From contig CAWJPJ010000006.1 of assembly GCA_963844715.1 (NCBI GenBank), positions 64,001 through 128,000 on the forward strand: 64,000 nucleotides of DNA. Direction: 5' to 3'. Below, in pieces: positions 30,443 through 41,967 of the stretch (position 1 is its first letter; every line of letters starts with the position of its first letter). This DNA comes from an uncultured Phycisphaerales bacterium. GTDB taxonomy: Bacteria; Planctomycetota; Phycisphaerae; Tepidisphaerales; Tepidisphaeraceae. The notes under the pieces are model-generated. The model saw only the letters and a program-made list of their open reading frames with translations. It had not been told where the DNA came from and did no database searches. The translations under genes were made by a program, and so were the position numbers.

Positions 30443-31688
30443 CTAGAACTCGAAGGCGCAATTCGCCAGTCGGGCGCCGATTTCCGCCAGGACGCGCTGC
30501 TCGTCCGCCGCGTCGCGGGCGGCGAAGGTGACGCTGAATCGCACGTACGCCCCGGCATCGTCCCAGGGGACGGTGCTGATCAATTTTTGGGTGATCAGCC
30601 ATTGGCTGAAGGCCTCGGCGGTTTCGAAGGCGACGCGATGTCCGCCCGTGGTTGCGCCGCGCGGCGATTTTACGTAGAGAAAGAACGATCCCTTGGGCTT
30701 TTTGGCGGTGAGGCCGGCGCGATTGAGGGCGGCGACCAGGCCGTCCATGCGCCGGGAATATTTGGCGGCGATTTGCGCGCGTGATCTCGGGATGTTCCAG
30801 TGCGAAGGCGCAGGCTTCCTGAATGGCGAGGAATTGGCCGGAGTCGGTGTTGTCTTTCACATCGGCATAGGCGCGGACGATGAGTTCGTTGCCGGCGACC
30901 CATCCGAGGCGCCAGCCGGTCATGTTAAACGCCTTGCTCATGGAGTGCAGTTCGACGGCGACGTCCATGGCGCCGGGCGTGGCCAGGATCGAAAGGGGTT
31001 TGCCTTCGAAGACGAGGGCGGCGTAGGCGGCGTCGTGGATGAGAATGAGATTGTTTTTTCGCGCAAAGGCGACTGCACGGGCGAAGAACTCGGGGGTGGC
31101 CGACGCGCCGGTGGGATTGTTGGGGTAATTGATGACCAGGGTCTTGGCGCGGATGAGTTTGTCGTGTGGGACGGAATCCAGGTCGGGGAGAAAGTTGTTC
31201 TTCTCGAGAAGAGGGATATTGAAGACCTCGCCGCCAAGGTATTTGGCGTGCGTGCCGAAGACCGGGTAGCCGGGCGTGGTCATGAGAGTCACGTCGCCCG
31301 GGTTGATGAAACACGCGGGCAAAATGGAGAGTGCGGCCTTGGAGCCTATTGAGTGCAGGATGTGCTTTTCCGGGTCGAGCCCTTCCACGCCGCAGACGTT
31401 TTTCATCCAGCGCGCGGCGGCTGCTTTGAACAGGGACGCGCCGTTGTCGGCATAGGTGCGATTCTCAGGGTTCCTGGCCGCGGCGGCCAGGGCGTCCACG
31501 CAATCGGGGAAAGCCATTTCATCCGGCTCGCCCACGCCCATGTCGATGAGTTCGCCTTTTGGATTTGCGGCCATGGCGGCGCGCTTGGCGCGCTTGATCT
31601 TCTCGAATTTGTAGATGGCGGTGCCTTTGCCGTACGTCTTGCCGCCGATGCGTTCGGCGAAGAGGTTTTGTATGGGCGATTCGCTCAT
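30443..31688 (-). CDS. dapL: LL-diaminopimelate aminotransferase (frameshifted)
   Basis: DMGVGEPD, NYPNNPTG, HDAAY, HSMSKAFNMTGWRLG, TDSGQF. Confidence 0.88.
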
Positions 31689-31773
31689 ATCGATCCGGGA
31701 CTATAGGCGAAGGGGCGGGGAATTTCATCTTGGGATTGGAGGCCGCTGCGGGCAGGGGAATATCAGGGAGATT

Positions 31774-32874
31774 CTATGGCCGTGTCGCGGCGTGAAGATC
31801 GCGCCAGGTCTTCCCGCCATCCGTCGTGTGCAAAATAGCTTTGTCGTGATGGTCGTCTGTGTCCGTCAGCGCCCATCCGGAATCTGAATCGACGAAATCC
31901 AACTGGAAGAGCCCGTTGTCCTCGATCGGCGAGGTTTTCGACCAGTGTTTCCCGCCGTCTTCGGTGTGATAGAGGTTGCGGTCGTCCGTCCAAATCCAGC
32001 CACGGAGGGGATCGACAAAATCGATAACCGGAGAATCGCCCTTGATGGGAAAGCCGGCTTGCCAGGATTGGCCGCCGTCGTGCGTGGCATAGATGACGCA
32101 GAACTCGCCGCGTTCGTCGGAGGCGGCGATGATACCGACGGTTTTGTGTGGGCCAAAGAATTCGGGGAGTGCGATCGGCGCGAAATTAGTGTCGGGCGGG
32201 AACCCACTCGGCGGCGGGAGTTTTTGCTCGTTCCAGGTCCGGCCGTCGTCTTTGGTGATGGAGAGAATGCAAGGCGTGGTCGTGGTATCCGCGCCGACGA
32301 GCCAGCCGGTGGACGCATCGCGGAAGTAGATTGCACCGCCGCGCGGAAGTCGATCGTTCGTGGCGGCAATTTCGCTCCAGGTCTGGCCGCTATTGGTCGT
32401 GTGATAGAGAAATCCCGGCGACGAACTCATTCCATGCTCCGGGACGAGCATGAGCCAACCACGCCGTTCGTCGGCAAAGGCGACAAATGATTGAAATAGG
32501 TCTTGGGTATCGGCGAAAAGAAAATCGTCGGCGATCCAACTACTGCCGCCATCGCTCGTGCACTCGATGCAAACGGTCGAGGTCTCATATTTTACATCCG
32601 CGATCCAGGCCCTCTGCGAGCCGAGGAATGCGAAATCGCCGCGTTGAAAACCGACGCCGGTCCCGATGTCGAGGCCTTGGGCGGAAGCGAGTTTCTTCCA
32701 GGTCTTGCCGCCGTCGGTCGTGCGAAGGACGGCTGAACTCGTCTCGGCCCAACCGGTGTTGCGGTCGAGCATGTGTATGTAAGTAAAATCAGGGATCGTA
32801 TCGTCGTCGGCAAGCGATGAGCCGCAGGAACCGACGATCACAATTGCGGCGGCAAGGAGCGCATGATTTCGCAC
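31774..32874 (-). CDS. Exported BNR/Asp-box beta-propeller protein (Ycf48-like)
   Basis: Signal peptide; repeated TxDGGxxW Asp-boxes and FxD...GW blades. Confidence 0.85.
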   Translation of the reverse strand: MRNHALLAAAIVIVGSCGSSLADDDTIPDFTYIHMLDRNTGWAETSSAVLRTTDGGKTWKKLASAQGLDIGTGVGFQRGDFAFLGSQRAWIADVKYETSTVCIECTSDGGSSWIADDFLFADTQDLFQSFVAFADERRGWLMLVPEHGMSSSPGFLYHTTNSGQTWSEIAATNDRLPRGGAIYFRDASTGWLVGADTTTTPCILSITKDDGRTWNEQKLPPPSGFPPDTNFAPIALPEFFGPHKTVGIIAASDERGEFCVIYATHDGGQSWQAGFPIKGDSPVIDFVDPLRGWIWTDDRNLYHTEDGGKHWSKTSPIEDNGLFQLDFVDSDSGWALTDTDDHHDKAILHTTDGGKTWRDLHAATRP

Positions 32875-32901
32875 CGGGCACCATCCTTGGCAGCCGAGCA
32901 A

Positions 32902-33300
32902 TCAATTAAACGTCTTCGTCGCGACGTCAACATCGAGGTACATGCGGAACATCGGATCCATGATCGATTCGCGATAGGCGATAAATACGACGCAGCAGCC
33001 GAGAACGATCAGCATATGGAATAATGCCGCATTTCTTCGATCCGTTGAGCGGAGTTGAACCGCGATGGCCCAAATTGCCAACACTCCGGCGACCACCTGG
33101 AAGTTCCACGCCGGCGCATACGACATCCAATTGACCGGCCTGGGCAAAGGCATCTTAAAGTCCTTGTAAACCAGGGCATGCCGGCGGAAATCGTCGGGGA
33201 CATACCACGCGAACAGGCCTAGGCACGCCAGGGCCAGTATCGGCGCCGCCCAGCTCAGGACGCTCGGAGGGCGTTTTTTTTGTTCGGAATCAGCCTCCAC
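32902..33300 (-). CDS. Hypothetical membrane protein (3 TM)
   Basis: Three hydrophobic segments; YKDFKMPLP. Confidence 0.6.
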   Translation of the reverse strand: MEADSEQKKRPPSVLSWAAPILALACLGLFAWYVPDDFRRHALVYKDFKMPLPRPVNWMSYAPAWNFQVVAGVLAIWAIAVQLRSTDRRNAALFHMLIVLGCCVVFIAYRESIMDPMFRMYLDVDVATKTFN

Positions 33301-33327
33301 CGAGTTGTATCGCTTGCGGGTGTGCGT

Positions 33328-34356
33328 TTATTGCCGCGAATTTCTGAATTCTCTCAACGTCAAAAATGGTCCATATATTTTTGGGGAATGACAATTTGCT
33401 GCCCTGCGCAGGATCGACCCAAGGGACGGATTGGTTTGCTTCAGCGCATTTTCTGCCGACCGTAGAATCTGGGCATTTTTGGCTTGACCCATCTGATTGG
33501 GCAGGATGCAACAGTAATGCAGTAGGTCGAGTGTGAAAGCGGTTCGCGGCTCGTCGTTCGTCAAGATCACGTACTGGGGGCCTTGCTGCTTAAAGGGACC
33601 GGGGCCGATGTCGGCAGGGTCTATACCCTCCGCCACCCCGGCGGTATCAACGGGACCGGGAACCATTCTCTGACGGATCGTCAACGTAGGATGGTTTGGA
33701 TTGTCGTCGTCCATACCCCAGTCGTCCTTGCTTAGGAGGACAAAGTTGAGTTTTACGGGCGAGGAACTGTCATCCGTCCAGGTGACATCGGCCTCGACGG
33801 ACTGGGAGCGGTATTCACTTATTCCGTCGGCGCCGCTATCCGCTATGGGCCCTTCGCCCAGCAAGTGCCAGTGATGGCTGCCATCGCAGAGGAGGAAAAT
33901 ATTGCGCGTGGTGGTATCGGCACCGCTGCCGGACAGGGGGGCGGAGTTCCAGCAGGTTTGATAAACGACGCCTCGAACGGGATCGCGGGCCACGATTTTC
34001 GGGTTGGGATCGACGCATCGGGTGTATGGAATCCATGGGCGATCCGGCGGATCCAGCCAATTATCGTGCGATTCCAGCAAATACCAAGCCGGTTGTTCCG
34101 GCCCGATTTGCAGATGGTAAGCGCGATTCATTGCGAACCCGACCTTCCCTGCGCTGTCGTGAGTGATCCAGAGCAAGTCCGTGCCGTTCGAGACAAATTT
34201 TGGCTGAGTAATCTGAACCAACGCGTCGACAGTGGCCGCGTGCTGGCGAATCGCCAGGCAATCCAGCTTATCGACCTGCGTGACGCCGATTGGAATGTCC
34301 GCCGTCGCGGGCAGCGTCCAAAAGATAACGACGAAAGGGAGCCAGTATCGAAGCAT
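33328..34356 (-). CDS. Exported hypothetical protein, possibly with a C-terminal LysM-like segment
   Basis: Signal peptide ATA-D; LKQTNPSL followed by GQQIVIP in a shifted frame. Confidence 0.6.
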   Translation of the reverse strand: MLRYWLPFVVIFWTLPATADIPIGVTQVDKLDCLAIRQHAATVDALVQITQPKFVSNGTDLLWITHDSAGKVGFAMNRAYHLQIGPEQPAWYLLESHDNWLDPPDRPWIPYTRCVDPNPKIVARDPVRGVVYQTCWNSAPLSGSGADTTTRNIFLLCDGSHHWHLLGEGPIADSGADGISEYRSQSVEADVTWTDDSSSPVKLNFVLLSKDDWGMDDDNPNHPTLTIRQRMVPGPVDTAGVAEGIDPADIGPGPFKQQGPQYVILTNDEPRTAFTLDLLHYCCILPNQMGQAKNAQILRSAENALKQTNPSLGSILRRAANCHSPKIYGPFLTLREFRNSRQ

Positions 34357-34410
34357 TTTTCACCGTCCTTGGCAAAACCGGAGGCATCCTTGCCACCAAA
34401 ACGTGCGTCA

Positions 34411-35283
34411 TTATACGTCTATTGCCACAAATTTCTGAATCCGCTCGACGAGTTGCGGCATTTCATATGTCTGCGCCAAATCGACCGGCAGAAAGACCCC
34501 CTGATTGTGATCGGAGGCGAGAATGAGATGCCGATCGCCGTTGACGTGGAATCCGTCTTCCTGCGGCTGATGGCCGGTGACGAGAATTTTCGCGCCGACT
34601 TTATCGGCGAATCGATCGGCTGTGGCGGGGGTCATGTTTCTGCCCCAGATCAACTGATACACCGGGCCGACGCGGCGCTGGTAATCCTTTCCCGTCAGGG
34701 TCCGGTCGAAGATCGTGAAATCGAATCCAACGACCTGCGAATCGGTCGGCAGGCTGTGGCAGAAAAAGAGTCCGTTGGGGCAGCGAATCGCCAGGGGGAA
34801 AGAGAGTAGAAATTCGGTGATGGCGACGTTGACGGCGTCGGCGCGGTCGCCGAAGTCGCGTTTTACGCCGGCGGTGAAGGCCTCGCAGACGCTCAGGCCG
34901 GATTTCATGATCCCTTCGCCGTGGATTTGCGCCAGGTCGTGATTGGCCAGGAGGAAATGAATCTGGTGCGAATAGGCGCTTTTCAATTCCGCGGCCCGAA
35001 AGAGAGTTCGCCAACTGTCTTCGGCTCCGTTGGCGTCGTAATGATCGCCGTGGATGAGTTCGTGGAGGACGAGATGGCGATTGGGATTTTCATCGAGGGC
35101 GGCGGCGCGGATAAATTTGGTGAAATTGGAGCGATGGTCGTGGAAGTCGCCGGTCATCCAGACTTCGCCTTGATCGGGGAGAGCGACAGTCTGGCCATGA
35201 CGCAGGGAGGAGAGATTGTTCTCCTCGGCGCCGTTTTGGAAAATCTCGATGACTTCGTCGGCGGATGGTTCCACGGGAGGCAT
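34411..35283 (-). CDS. Metallophosphoesterase
   Basis: GDFHDH, ANHD, CHS and GHQP motifs. Confidence 0.85.
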   Translation of the reverse strand: MPPVEPSADEVIEIFQNGAEENNLSSLRHGQTVALPDQGEVWMTGDFHDHRSNFTKFIRAAALDENPNRHLVLHELIHGDHYDANGAEDSWRTLFRAAELKSAYSHQIHFLLANHDLAQIHGEGIMKSGLSVCEAFTAGVKRDFGDRADAVNVAITEFLLSFPLAIRCPNGLFFCHSLPTDSQVVGFDFTIFDRTLTGKDYQRRVGPVYQLIWGRNMTPATADRFADKVGAKILVTGHQPQEDGFHVNGDRHLILASDHNQGVFLPVDLAQTYEMPQLVERIQKFVAIDV

Positions 35284-35371
35284 TTGAAAGGGTATCGAGG
35301 GGGTTCGTCAATGGTTTGCGTCGGACGGCGAATCCCGAGGGATGGCTATCCCTCGGCTTTGACAGAATGGC

Positions 35372-36534
35372 TCATGCGATCGACGTTTTTTTCTTGCGGC
35401 CGCTCAGATAGCTTTCCATTACGCACGACGCCAGTTCGCCGCTGCTGGTGTAGAAGGCCACCCCTTTGGTGAGCTTGGTGAGTTGGTCGACGAAGCCTAC
35501 CCATTCCATGCCCCAATAATCCTCGATGAGCGCGAACGTGCTGATGCGGCAACCCTCGCGCACGGCTAGCACGGCTTCCTTCAAAGTGGCAATCGTGCTG
35601 CGCGAATCGGGGGGATAGAGGAGATAGACGAAGTCGCCTTCGACGTGGGCGGTGGGCTGGCCGTCGGTGACGATGAAGATCTGCTTGTTCTCACCGCCGC
35701 GCTTGCGGAGGATTTGGCGGGCCAGTTGCAGGCCCATGTGCAGGTTTGTGAAATGCTGCGGGGCTTTGGAAATCTGATCGATGGGGACTTTCAGGCGGAC
35801 TTGATAATCATAAATAGTGACGGGTTTAGGCATCGCCAGCGGCAGGGCGATCTCGGGGATTTTGGACGCGCCGGAATAGAAGCCGACGAAATCGAGCGTG
35901 TCCTGGGGAAATTGGCCGCGAACCAGGGCCTGCATGGCCATCGCAACCTTCTTGGCGGAGAGAAATCGGCCGTAGCGCATCATCGAGCCGCTCATGTCCA
36001 GCAGGACGACGGTTGAGCAGCTTGTGAGGCCTTCATGGAGATGAAGCTCCAGATCGCGCTCGTCGAAGCGGATGCGTGATTTGCCGTGCTCGCTGTTCGG
36101 CAGGCCGTGACGAATTAAAGCGTTTTGCAGCGACTGGTGCAGATCGATTTCGCTGACGGCGTCGCCGTATTGGTACGGCTTGGTGCCGTCGAGTCGCTCG
36201 CCGCCCTGGCCGGGAGTGACGCGCTGGTGCCCTTCGCGCTGGCCGTTGCGAAGATTGGAGAAGACCTCAAGCAGCGCCTTGCGCTGCATCTTCCCGACGG
36301 CGCGGGGAGTCGGCGCAAGCGGCCCTGGGAGTCCTTCTCCAAAATGCCATCGTCGAGCAGTTGCTGAATCAGGTCGGCCTGGTTTTGGTTTTTGGGGTCC
36401 TGAAGCATTTGCTGAATGGCTTTCAGCGCCTGCTCGCCGTACTCGACGATGAACTGCATGAGCTGGTCGAAACCGAAAAGCTGGTCCTGGGTGGGGAAAT
36501 CCTCGCCGTCGAACTCGCCGTAGTAATATTTCAT
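35372..36534 (-). CDS. von Willebrand factor A domain protein (frameshifted)
   Basis: MIDAS motif DMSGSM, TNLHMGL, VTDGQPTAH; the N-terminus lies in ORF 36115-36534. Confidence 0.85.
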
Positions 36535-36562
36535 GCGTAGGACCGAATTCCAAAAATCTTAT

Positions 36563-36673
36563 TCCCTTTCCCCATGTACTCATGGGGAGAGGGTCAGAGT
36601 GAGGGGCACATTTCGAAGTTCGAAAAATGCCCCTCACCCTAGCCCTCTCCCCGTGAGTACACGGGGAGAGGGG
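36563..36673. repeat. REP-like palindrome pair, family A
   Basis: Two inverted CCCTCTCCCC-GTGAGTAC-GGGGAGAGGG units. Confidence 0.8.
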
Positions 36674-36708
36674 ACCAGTCGTGCGTATTGTAGGCGTGGG
36701 GCGGCTGG

Positions 36709-37786
36709 TTACGCCACAAGCAGGCGTTCGAGCTTTTCGGGATAGACGGCGTGGGAGACGGCTTCGGCGCGGGTGACATATCCATGGGAGTACAAATGCC
36801 GGATGGAATAATCGAGGCTTTGCATGCCCGCGGCGCGGCTGGTTTCGATGATGTTGGCGATCTCGAAAATGCGGTTTTCGCGGATGCAATTCTTGACGGC
36901 GGTGGTGCACAGCATGACTTCGACGGCGGGGATCATGCCGGGCTGGTCGTTGCGCTTCAGAAGAGTTTGGCTGATGACGCCGACGAGCGCGCCGGCCAGA
37001 AGCGTGCGAATCTGGTTTTGCTCGCTGGTGGGATAGATATCGACGATACGCTCAACCGTTTGCGCAGGCGCCGGATGTGTGCAAGGTGCTGAGCACGAGA
37101 TGGCCGGTCTCGGCGGCGGTGACTGCGGCGCTGGTTGTTTCCAAATCGCGCATCTCGCCCAGAAGAATGACATCCGGGTCCTGCCGGAGCACATGGCGCA
37201 AGCCGCTGGCAAAATCCGGGACGTCCGCTCCGATCTCGCGCTGCTCGATCACGCATTGATCGTTTTGAAACGTAAATTCGATCGGGTCTTCAAGCGTGAC
37301 GATGTGCCCGTGCTCGCGGTGATTGATGGCGTCGATCATCGCGGCGAGCGTCGTGCTTTTTCCGCCGCCCGTCGGTCCGGTGACCAGAACCAGGCCGCGC
37401 GGAACATGCGTGAGCTTGGCGACAACTTCAGGCAGGAGCAATTCGGAGAGCGGGCGCACGCGGGTGTCGATGAGTCGGATCGCCAGGGCGACGGTTCCGC
37501 GCTGGTAGTGAGCGTTGACGCGAAAGCGTCCGACGCCGGATAGCTCGTATGAAAAATCCAGGTCGCGCTTTTGTTCGAAGATCGACCAGCGGTGCTCGCC
37601 CATCATGACCTTGGCGATTCGCGCGGTCATCTCGGCCTCGATGGCGGGGGAGGAGGCGGGTTGAATGGTTGTGGCGATTCTGAGTTGCGGCGGCATGCCG
37701 GCATGGATATGGACGTCCGAGGCTTTGGAATTCGCCGCGTCGCGAAGAATTTCATCGATCATGAATCCCTGCCCGGTCGGTCCCAT
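36709..37786 (-). CDS. pilT: Type IV pilus retraction ATPase PilT/PilU family (frameshifted)
   Basis: ASDVHI, GPTGGGKSTT, TLEDPIE, LRQDPDVILLGEMRD, AETGHLVLSTLHT, GMQSLD. Confidence 0.92.
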
Positions 37787-37842
37787 AATGTGGCAACGCC
37801 TCCCGACGCCGACTCACCCTTCATCGACCGGCTGTGGGACGT

Positions 37843-39030
37843 TCATGACCCGCCGCACGCGCCGAGAAATTCCGCCGCCACGCCGTCGGCAACGGGCAGG
37901 CCCGACTCCGTGAGACGGATTCCATTGTCGTCCAGATCGAGCAGTCCGGCCCGATTGAAGCGGGCCGCGACATCCGAGAACAGAACCCTGGCGTCATAAT
38001 CCGTTCGCGCCTGAAAATCGGAAAAGTCAATTCCGCGACGGAGGCGAAGCTGGAGCATCGCCAATTCGCCGGCGCGGCGCTTCGGAGAAAGTTGCTCGAC
38101 ATCTGCCGTCGGCAATTCCCCGGCCTCCATGGCGGATTCCCATTGGCCCAGATGGGGCAGATTCTTCCATCGCCAGCCGCTCACATGCGACGCGGCCGAG
38201 GGACCGATGCCGATGTAATTCTCCCCCATCCAGTAGATCAGATTATGGCGGCATTCCTGGCCCGGGGTGGCGTAGTTGCTGATTTCATAGGCGGGCAAAT
38301 TCGCCGCGGCGAGCCGACGTCGCGTTTGGCGAAGCATCTCCAGCTCGGTTGATTCTTCGGTTGGGTGAATCTGGCCCAGGCGCTTGCGCACGGCAAGGGG
38401 CGTATTGGGCTCGTAGGTGAGGCCGTAACAGCTCAAGTGCTGCGTTTTCAGGGACAGGGCGGATTCGAGGTTTGTCATCCAGCCTTGCAGGGTTTGCCCG
38501 GGAACGGCATAGATGAGGTCTACATTCAGGCGCTCGAATCCTGCCTGGCGGACCAGATCGACCGAGCGGGGGACGTCCTCGGGATCGTGGTTGCGCTCGA
38601 GGAGGCGAAGTTCCACCGGGTTGAAGCTTTGTGCCCCCATGCTGATGCGGGTGACGCCGAACTGGCGCAGCATTTCGCAATAGTCGAGGGTGACCGTCGC
38701 CGGGTTTACTTCAACGGTCCATTCATCGCAGTTGGAAAAGTCGATTCTTTCGCGCAAGCCGGCGATGAGTCTCCGCATGCTTTCGAGAGGCAAAAGGGAG
38801 GGTGTACCGCCGCCGAAGAACGCTGTGCGGGGGCGGATTGATTTGCCGGCCCAATCTGCCCAGCCCGCAGCCTCCTGGAGGAGGAGGTCGACAAATCTAT
38901 CCATGCGTTGCGCAGTTTGGCGGGTGATGGAATAAAAGTCGCAATAGCCGCATTTGTGAACGCAGAAGGGGATGTGAACGTAAAATCCCGATATGTTGGA
39001 GTGCGGTAGAGATGCCCGGTCGAGGCCCAT
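37843..39030 (-). CDS. hemW: Radical SAM heme chaperone HemW (HemN-like)
   Basis: YVHIPFCVHKCGYCDF, FGGGTPS, YEISN, CRHNLIYW; start codon approximate. Confidence 0.92.
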   Translation of the reverse strand: MGLDRASLPHSNISGFYVHIPFCVHKCGYCDFYSITRQTAQRMDRFVDLLLQEAAGWADWAGKSIRPRTAFFGGGTPSLLPLESMRRLIAGLRERIDFSNCDEWTVEVNPATVTLDYCEMLRQFGVTRISMGAQSFNPVELRLLERNHDPEDVPRSVDLVRQAGFERLNVDLIYAVPGQTLQGWMTNLESALSLKTQHLSCYGLTYEPNTPLAVRKRLGQIHPTEESTELEMLRQTRRRLAAANLPAYEISNYATPGQECRHNLIYWMGENYIGIGPSAASHVSGWRWKNLPHLGQWESAMEAGELPTADVEQLSPKRRAGELAMLQLRLRRGIDFSDFQARTDYDARVLFSDVAARFNRAGLLDLDDNGIRLTESGLPVADGVAAEFLGACGGS

Positions 39031-39196
39031 ATGCATCATCGTAAGCCCATCGGAAGCCGACGGATAGCCATAGGTTGGCTTGGGCCGTGCCGGGCGCTTA
39101 ATTTTGTTGCCCAAGCTCGGGGCTCATACTAAAGTACATGTGAATCTACTCCGACCGTAACGACGGAGGGTGGGGGTTCAGGCGAGGCTAATTGCG

Positions 39197-39812
39197 ATGC
39201 AGGTTGTATTGGTTATGTTCCGGGCCGATGGGCAGCGGCGGAGCTTCTCCGTCGTGCGGGAATCGACCGTCATCGGCCGCCGCGAGGATTGCGATCTGCG
39301 GATTCCCCTGGCTGAGGTCTCGCGCAAACATTGCCGGCTGGTGCGCGAGGAAAACTCCATCCGCGTCGAGGATATGGGGAGTTCCAACGGCACCTACCAC
39401 AACGAGCAGCGCGTTCAGGAAGCGACTCTTTCTCCGGGGGATACGCTGCGCGTGGGTCCGGTGACGTTCATGATCCAAATCGACGGGGTGCCGGCAGATG
39501 AAGAGATGCAGGCGGCGGTCCAGCCTTCCGAGCGGGAAACCGCGCCGGCGCCCGAGCCCGAACATGCCGATCATGCCGCCCCGACCGAATCGTCGGCGCC
39601 GACGGCGGAGTCGGAAGATCTTTCCGTATTTTTATCGGATGAGTCTGGGGCGGGGGACAAACACGAGGGGTCGGGATCGGAGTCTCACACGGCCTGCGCC
39701 GGGGGCCGAGGATTCGAATCTCGTGCTGCCGCTGGAAGACTCCGCCCACGCCGAGAGTAGCGTTTTTGATCTCCAGGAAGAATCTGCCGAGCGTAGGCCG
39801 CGCCCCTCCTGA
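39197..39812 (+). CDS. FHA domain protein with an acidic tail
   Basis: IGRREDCDL, VSRKH, DMGSSNGT. Confidence 0.88.
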
Positions 39813-39889
39813 CCCGCCCGCATTGCTTTATCAAATCTCGCGAGCGATTCATTTTCCGGCTCTTTTTATTGTTATGATTAAGGGTGCCC

Positions 39890-41093
39890 ATGAGCGATAC
39901 CAGCGAACTTCTGTTGCAGGCGTCTGAGGTTCTGATCCCGAATTACGCGCGTCAGCCGGTCGTGATGATCCGCGGACAAGGGGCGGAGTTGTGGGATTCG
40001 GAGGGAAATCATTACATCGATCTCTTTGCCGGTTTTGGCGCCGGGATTCTGGGCCATGCCCATCCCGAGCTGATTCGCGCGGCGGACACGCAGGCGCAGC
40101 CTCTGGCACGTGGGGAACACCTATCACACCAAGCCGCAGATCGAGCTTGCCCAGCGATTGGTCCGGCACAGCTTTGCCGGCCAGGCGTTTTTCTGCCATA
40201 GCGGCCTGGAAGCCAACGAGGCGGCTTGCAAGCTGGCGCGCTTGAACGGGCAGAATTCGTATCCCAAGCGATGGAAGATTATTTCGCTGGCGCACAGTTT
40301 TCATGGGCGGTCATTGGCGATGATCGCCGCGACGGGAAATCCGGCCGTCAAGGAGGGGTTCGGGCCGGTCGTTCCGGGATTTGTGCAGGTGGAGACCGGG
40401 AACATTCAACTGGTGAAAGACGCGATCGACGCGGAGACGGCCGCGATCATGCTCGAGCCGATTCAGGGGGAGGGCGGCATTCGTCTGCATCCGCCGGAGT
40501 ATGCCCATCAGCTTCGCGAGATTTGCGACGACCGGAATCTGACGCTCATCTTCGACGAAGTCTGGACGGGGTGCGGGCGGACGGGGAAATGGTTCGGCTA
40601 TCAGCATTTCAAATCGCCTGATGGGAAAGCTGTCGAGCCGGATATTATGACGCTGGGCAAGGCGCTGGGCGGCGGGCTGCCGATGGGGGCGATGCTCGCC
40701 AAGCCGCAATTGGCGAAGCAGCTTGTCCCGGGCAAGCACGGGTGTACGCTGGGCGGGAACCCGATCTGCACGGCGGTGGCCAAATCGATATTTGACGTGA
40801 TCGAACGCGATCACCTGGTTGATCGGGCCGCGCGCGTCGGCGAAAAAGCGATGGTGCGATTGCGCGAGCATCCGATGTTGAAAGACAAGGTTCGCGAGGT
40901 TCGCGGGGCGGGGTTTATGATCGGCATCGAACTGGTCCAGCCGCCGGACAAATTCCTTGAACGGGCGCTGGCGAACGGGATTATCGCCAACCTGACGGCT
41001 AAAAACGTGGTGCGGCTGGCGCCGCCGCTGACGATCAGCGAGGATTTGCTGGTTCAGGGCCTGGACCGGCTGGCCAAGACGATCGCTGGATAA
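39890..41093 (+). CDS. argD: Acetylornithine aminotransferase (frameshifted)
   Basis: NYAR, SGLEANEAA, SFHGRS, EPIQGEGG, FDEVWTG, DIMTLGKALGGG. Confidence 0.9.
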
Positions 41094-41103
41094 GAATCAC
41101 ACC

Positions 41104-41967
41104 ATGAAGACTTCCGTTTGGATGATGCTTGGGACGCTGCTTCTTGTCGGCTGTGCGACGCGGAATCCCGGCCCCACGGCCGGGCAGGCTGCGCCGACGC
41201 CTGCCGCGGCGCCGGCTCCATCGGCGAGCCAGGTTTCCACGGACGGACCGAAAGTCTCGCAAGTAATCTTTGTCAGCATGTACGAATTTACGGTTCCCTA
41301 CGGCACGGTCAGCGCCAATGAGAAATTCTGGAAAGACGTCGATGAGACGGCGCTGGACCTGACGAAATACGATCTGCTGCTGAGAAACGGCGTGCGCGTG
41401 GGCCGGGCGCCGCTTTGGGCGTGGACGCCTTTGGCGAGCGTTATCGACAAGGAAGTCACGCGGTACACATCCGATCGATTCACGACCTTTTCCGGCGGCG
41501 ACAGCCTGAGCGTCCCGATGGCTCCCGAGATGGACGATGAACTGCTCTTCACATTCGATCGGCACGGCGTCACCGGGAGGTGGTTTGACTTCTGCCAGAA
41601 CCGGTTCGACTTTTCATTCCAGTGGGAACGGCACGTGGATGACACGGTGCGCATCAATATTTGCCCGCTGGTGGTGGTGCATCGGATGCGCTGGGATTAT
41701 TTTCTGGCCGACACGCCCGAGGAGCGGAAACTGGTGCAGGATGAATATTACTGGGATTTGGCGATCAAGGCCGATCTGACGCGCAACGATTTCCTGGTGA
41801 TCGCGCCCTCTCCGCAGGCGGACGATCCGTATCGCATCGGCAACAAATTCCTCACCCACGACGGACCGACGTATCGAACTGAACAGGTCTTGATCATCAC
41901 TCGCTCGCCTTTGTTCTTTAATCGAGCCAGGCCAACCACCGCGCCGGCGGTCACGATGGTGCGATGA
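41104..41967 (+). CDS. Hypothetical lipoprotein
   Basis: Lipobox LVGC; LLRNGVRVG. Confidence 0.7.
   Translation: MKTSVWMMLGTLLLVGCATRNPGPTAGQAAPTPAAAPAPSASQVSTDGPKVSQVIFVSMYEFTVPYGTVSANEKFWKDVDETALDLTKYDLLLRNGVRVGRAPLWAWTPLASVIDKEVTRYTSDRFTTFSGGDSLSVPMAPEMDDELLFTFDRHGVTGRWFDFCQNRFDFSFQWERHVDDTVRINICPLVVVHRMRWDYFLADTPEERKLVQDEYYWDLAIKADLTRNDFLVIAPSPQADDPYRIGNKFLTHDGPTYRTEQVLIITRSPLFFNRARPTTAPAVTMVR

Noticed and set aside
35372..36910. 512-aa ORF with a long N-terminal extension
   Set aside because: The extension reads through a REP element and the pilT 3' end; the real vWA gene starts at 36534 and is frameshifted
37820..37846. Sigma-28-like promoter upstream of pilT (GTCGATGA), and a similar element at 56258
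   Set aside because: The -35 match and spacing are poor
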